Virus record (IMG/VR): IMGVR_UViG_3300024502_000010
Coordinates: 1 to 64,000 of that record
Reading direction: 5' to 3' (one strand)
DNA: 64,000 nucleotides
The translations under genes were made by a program, and so were the position numbers. The notes beneath the pieces were generated by a model. It was not told the origin of the DNA. It was given only the letters and a program-made list of their open reading frames with translations, and searched no databases. Positions 60,847 through 64,000 of the stretch are shown here, piece by piece (the stretch's first letter is position 1; the number at the start of each line of letters is the position of its first letter).

Positions 60847-61381
60847 TTGTCTTTGTAAATTACCTCTTAAGTTTAAGATTAGTTGTCGTTATTGTCAATG
60901 TCGGAAGCAACTATAAAAGAAACTCCTACAGTCAAAAGAATACCGATTCCCATACCAAGAATAAAAGTCATTAGTAAAACTCAGCGAGATAGTAGTCAAC
61001 AGTTACCTCAAGTTTCGCTGCTTCACGCTCAACTTCTTTCCAGAACTCTTCTGCTACTTTGTCCATTTCTGCTTGTTTAATAAGGTCACGGAGTCGTTTG
61101 GGGATCATTTGGATTTCTCCTTAAGTTTTGCTTCTTCGCGTGAATACATTACCTTTAAGTAATATAGCATAATGGAGGATACAAATGCAACCAGTGCTGC
61201 GTAGATTGCTACACCGAGTACAATACTCATCTGATTTCTATAGAGGGTGGTTTCTTGAGATTCTCTATTGCCTTAGAGCGATAGTAAGCATCATACATTT
61301 TGTCATCACGCTGGATTAGAAAGACATTCCAACCAAGAATAACTGCAAAACCAATCAATCCAACAACAATGTACTTTTTGT

Positions 61382-61789
61382 TCATTTGCTCATTTGAAGA
61401 GTAGGAACAGGCATACCACCTTCGGTGGGAACATAGATGGTCACATTACCTTTGTTAGATCCTTCTTCAAGACCAGTAATGTAAAGATACTGAAGATACT
61501 CACGGTTGTCCTTCAGACTATCACCAATGATTTGGTTTGCCTTAGCAACACCAGTAGCACGGATGATTTCAGCATCAGCAAGTTGTTGAGCACTATCTTT
61601 CTTTGCTTGTGCTTCAAGAACTGCTACCTGACGAGTGTATTCTGCTTTTTGCAACTCTGCTTTACCAGCAAGAGATTGCTGCCACACATTATATTGTGGA
61701 CCACCAATAAAGATGAGACCACCAATCACAACCACACCGACAGCAATAGCAGCAACAGCAGGGTCAATAAATCCGTTTTGTTGTTTCAT
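61382..61789 (-). CDS. Membrane-anchored coiled-coil protein, SPFH/prohibitin C-terminus-like (135 aa)
   Basis: N-terminal hydrophobic helix, A/E/K-rich heptads (IRATGVAKANQIIGDSL) and YL.YLY.....IYVPTE. Confidence 0.65.
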   Translation of the reverse strand: MKQQNGFIDPAVAAIAVGVVVIGGLIFIGGPQYNVWQQSLAGKAELQKAEYTRQVAVLEAQAKKDSAQQLADAEIIRATGVAKANQIIGDSLKDNREYLQYLYITGLEEGSNKGNVTIYVPTEGGMPVPTLQMSK

Positions 61790-61806
61790 AATAATTTACC
61801 TAAGAA

Positions 61807-62220
61807 TTAAACAGCAAGCGCAGCAGAGGGGATTTCAATCACTTCAGGAAGTTTTTGTTCATAACAATTCATATTGTAGCACACCCATTCACCGTTGCGG
61901 AAGACATAGGCATACTCTTCACCATTAGCAGGCAGAAGATACTCACACAAATCAGCATCAAGACGAGGAGGACAATCATCGTTACGATAAGAATAATAGT
62001 TGGGTCCATAAACACCCTTCACTGCACTATCATTCCAGCGGTCATCAGTCCAGCAGCAAGACATATCACCACCATCAATCAAGTCAGCAACTTTCTGACG
62101 AGTGTTGTAATGAGTGTTCAGGATACGACCCAACCATTCAGGATAACCATCCCAGTGGTGATACACAGAGAGAATAGAACCATTCTTAAGTTCAAGACCG
62201 ATTCGTGCTCGGGTGGACAT
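61807..62220 (-). CDS. Conserved early hypothetical protein
   Basis: MSTRARIG...SVYHHWDGYPEWLG..L..HY motif. Confidence 0.75.
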   Translation of the reverse strand: MSTRARIGLELKNGSILSVYHHWDGYPEWLGRILNTHYNTRQKVADLIDGGDMSCCWTDDRWNDSAVKGVYGPNYYSYRNDDCPPRLDADLCEYLLPANGEEYAYVFRNGEWVCYNMNCYEQKLPEVIEIPSAALAV

Positions 62221-62266
62221 TTCAAGTTTGTTGCTTACATTATAGGTACACTTTAGAGGATCCAAG

Positions 62267-63118
62267 TTAGTAAACTGCTATGAGTTCACTTGCTTTTTTC
62301 CTACTGCCGCCTTTTGCAGCAATCGTTCTAGTTACTTGAATTTGATAGATTGTAGCATTTTTGTAGAGTTCTCTTGTAATAGGAACATCGTGATTTGATA
62401 CAATCACTTTGATACCTTTAGATGAAAGAGATTCTGCAAGTTGTGCTAACTGAACTTGTTGGTCAGAAGTAAATCCATCAGTCGCATAACTTGTGAAATT
62501 TGCAGTATTTGATGCAGGAACATACGGTGGGTCAAAGTAGACAACATCACCTGCTTCCAAATCCTCATACAGAGATGAATCTTCAAAAGAAAGTGATGTG
62601 AACCTCACCAATTGTTTGGATAAGAAATACATCCTGAAGTTCATCATTTCCTCTCTGGGAAAGTAAGCACTTTGTATTTCTTTCTCCCCAGTATCCTTAT
62701 TTACAACTTCTCTACCATAAGGAACATTAAACATTCCTTTGCTATTATATCTTGATAGTCCATTAAAACAGTGCTTATTCAAATAAATGAATAACCTTGC
62801 TCTCTCTGTAGTATCTGTTGCTTGATTGAAGTGCTCTCGCAACTCCAAATATACTTCTCTTGTATTATTCTCTGGCGTGAATAGTTCTTCGCAGTATTGA
62901 ATGAAACTATCATCATTTGGATTTACCAAATTCTGATAGATTGCTACCAAATCCTTATTCACATCGTTGAGGATATATTGCTGTGCTGGTGTATTCAAAG
63001 CAACAGCAAGACTACCACCAAAGGGTTCACAATAACGCTTTGGATAACCAATATGGGGAATAAGATGGGGCAGAACTCTTGTTTTATTGCCAGCCCATTT
63101 AAGAAAAGTTTTGTTCAT
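62267..63118 (-). CDS. dam: Dam-like DNA adenine methyltransferase (283 aa)
   Basis: FLKWAG.K, EPFGGS, FNGL.RYN..G.FNVPYG and YFDPPY motifs closely follow the E. coli/T4 Dam family. Confidence 0.9.
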   Translation of the reverse strand: MNKTFLKWAGNKTRVLPHLIPHIGYPKRYCEPFGGSLAVALNTPAQQYILNDVNKDLVAIYQNLVNPNDDSFIQYCEELFTPENNTREVYLELREHFNQATDTTERARLFIYLNKHCFNGLSRYNSKGMFNVPYGREVVNKDTGEKEIQSAYFPREEMMNFRMYFLSKQLVRFTSLSFEDSSLYEDLEAGDVVYFDPPYVPASNTANFTSYATDGFTSDQQVQLAQLAESLSSKGIKVIVSNHDVPITRELYKNATIYQIQVTRTIAAKGGSRKKASELIAVY

Positions 63119-63124
63119 TGGATA

Positions 63125-63152
63125 AGTATAGCATAAAAAAGAGGGTTGTCAA
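63125..63152 (-). promoter_or_regulatory. Sigma70-like promoter of dam
   Basis: Minus strand TTGACA-16-TATACT. Confidence 0.65.
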
Positions 63153-63164
63153 CCCCCCAGAAAC

Positions 63165-63356
63165 TCAACCACCCTTTTCTCTCAAACTTCGCACAAGATA
63201 CTCAGTAAATTGCTCCATCTTCTCAGGAACTACAGCAGCAGGGCGTTGATTGATTACATTTTTAAGTGCAGTCATTTCATTAAACTCTTCGTCTGTAAGT
63301 TTTTTATTTCCCTTTGAAGGAAGAGTCATAAGTTTTGCTCCCGTGATTATGTCCAT
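63165..63356 (-). CDS. Hypothetical protein (63 aa)
   Basis: LTDEEFNEM.ALK..I...PAAV.PEKME.FTEYLV.SL. Confidence 0.6.
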   Translation of the reverse strand: MDIITGAKLMTLPSKGNKKLTDEEFNEMTALKNVINQRPAAVVPEKMEQFTEYLVRSLREKGG

Positions 63357-63422
63357 ATCCTAACACTATTTAAGGGGGTTGTGTGGTTTCTTAATATTCT
63401 CTTTGGGATTGTTTAACAGTTC

Positions 63423-63647
63423 TTAATCGTTGAAGAAAGAACCAAAACTACCACGACTTCCTGGTTTTCTATCTTCCAACATATCCATCAGTTCTTCGAT
63501 TTTTTTGCAGTTTTCCATATCAAGAAGAACTTGTGACAGTTGTTTTACAACTAATGGTTTTTCTGATGTAGATGCAACACGAATAGCAGCACGAAGATGT
63601 GATTCTGCTTCCAAGATATGATCTAAAGTTTGTTTACTTAGTGCCAT
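63423..63647 (-). CDS. Conserved hypothetical protein (74 aa)
   Basis: MALSKQTLDHILEAESHLRAAI..A...EKPLV. Confidence 0.7.
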   Translation of the reverse strand: MALSKQTLDHILEAESHLRAAIRVASTSEKPLVVKQLSQVLLDMENCKKIEELMDMLEDRKPGSRGSFGSFFND

Positions 63648-64000
63648 TTAATCGGTCCTCGCATTTAGTGTAAAAAGTCCCTTCAACATAACAGGACTTA
63701 CCAGCTTCGTAGTATCTTACCACAGATGGTTTGGGTTGGTCAAGAGCACAATATCCTTGATTAGATAATGCACTTTCGGCACATAACATTAAAGCAGCGG
63801 GTGCAAGAAGTTTGATTGTATACATCAACACTCATCCATTCCAAGTGGTTTAGTTACTTTACGCAACTCAAAACTACCGTCCCCACGGTCAATCCACTCC
63901 ACAGTATCACCTTCCTTCAGATTTGCTGCTTCTAATAAATCATCAGGGAAACTGATAAAATATTCTGTCTCATCAGTATCAGTATCTTTACATTCTTCAA

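Larger units (their letters stand above)
44121..62267 (-). repeat. Dispersed 28-bp element CTATAGGTACACTTTAGAGGATCCAAGT, 14 copies, promoter/cassette-boundary-like
   Basis: Copies start at 44121, 47005, 47243, 47767, 48209, 48851, 49687, 51042, 52766, 53712, 54283, 57636, 58720 and 62240. Nine are identical and five differ by one base. All share one orientation; the minus strand reads ACTTGGATCCTCTAAAGTGTACC-TATA(G/A)T. Confidence 0.95.

Noticed and set aside
44121-62267. 28-bp repeat as a CRISPR array
   Set aside because: Intervals are 0.2-3.5 kb and contain whole genes; there are no uniform spacers and no cas genes.
44121-62267. 28-bp repeat as integron attC sites or IS ends
   Set aside because: No long imperfect palindrome, no GTTRRRY core, no target duplications, and no integrase or transposase in the window.
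47359-63621. Plus-strand ORFs in the early region other than the two homing endonucleases (e.g. 53129..53644, 56572..57219, 57598..58044)
   Set aside because: They overlap well-supported minus-strand genes and show no recognisable motifs.
1-64000. tRNA, rRNA and photosynthesis auxiliary genes (psbA, hli)
   Set aside because: No cloverleaf or T-loop signatures or recognisable protein motifs were seen by eye; a tRNAscan-SE run would be decisive.

Overview
This window is a 64-kb piece of a large T4-like cyanomyovirus genome, with almost all genes on the minus strand. Bases 1-40.4 kb are the late structural module: gp25-gp6-gp7-gp8, a 2523-aa VrlC/DUF4815-like protein, gp13-gp14-gp15-gp16, then an accessory block with a collagen-like fibre, a PKD protein and a repeat-rich tail fibre that runs off the left edge. 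Bases 40.4-64 kb are an early/accessory region of short genes. It also holds two antisense homing endonucleases (GIY-YIG, HNH), a MutH/Sau3AI-like nuclease, an MvaI/BcnI-like endonuclease coupled to an SPPY methyltransferase, an SF2 helicase and a Dam-like methylase. The most striking unexplained structure is a near-identical 28-bp GATC-containing element found 14 times between 44.1 and 62.3 kb, each time wedged between an upstream stop codon and the next gene, dividing the region into cassette-like units. Other candidates are four TTTTCCACA (DnaA-box) sites near 44.8 kb, an unannotated 59-aa NblA-like gene, proteins with T4 capsid-targeting-like N-termini, a duplicated hairpin element, a hairpin-loop microinversion and a gene split by one TAA. 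No tRNA, rRNA or CRISPR array was seen. All family assignments are by-eye motif recognition; no database searches were run.
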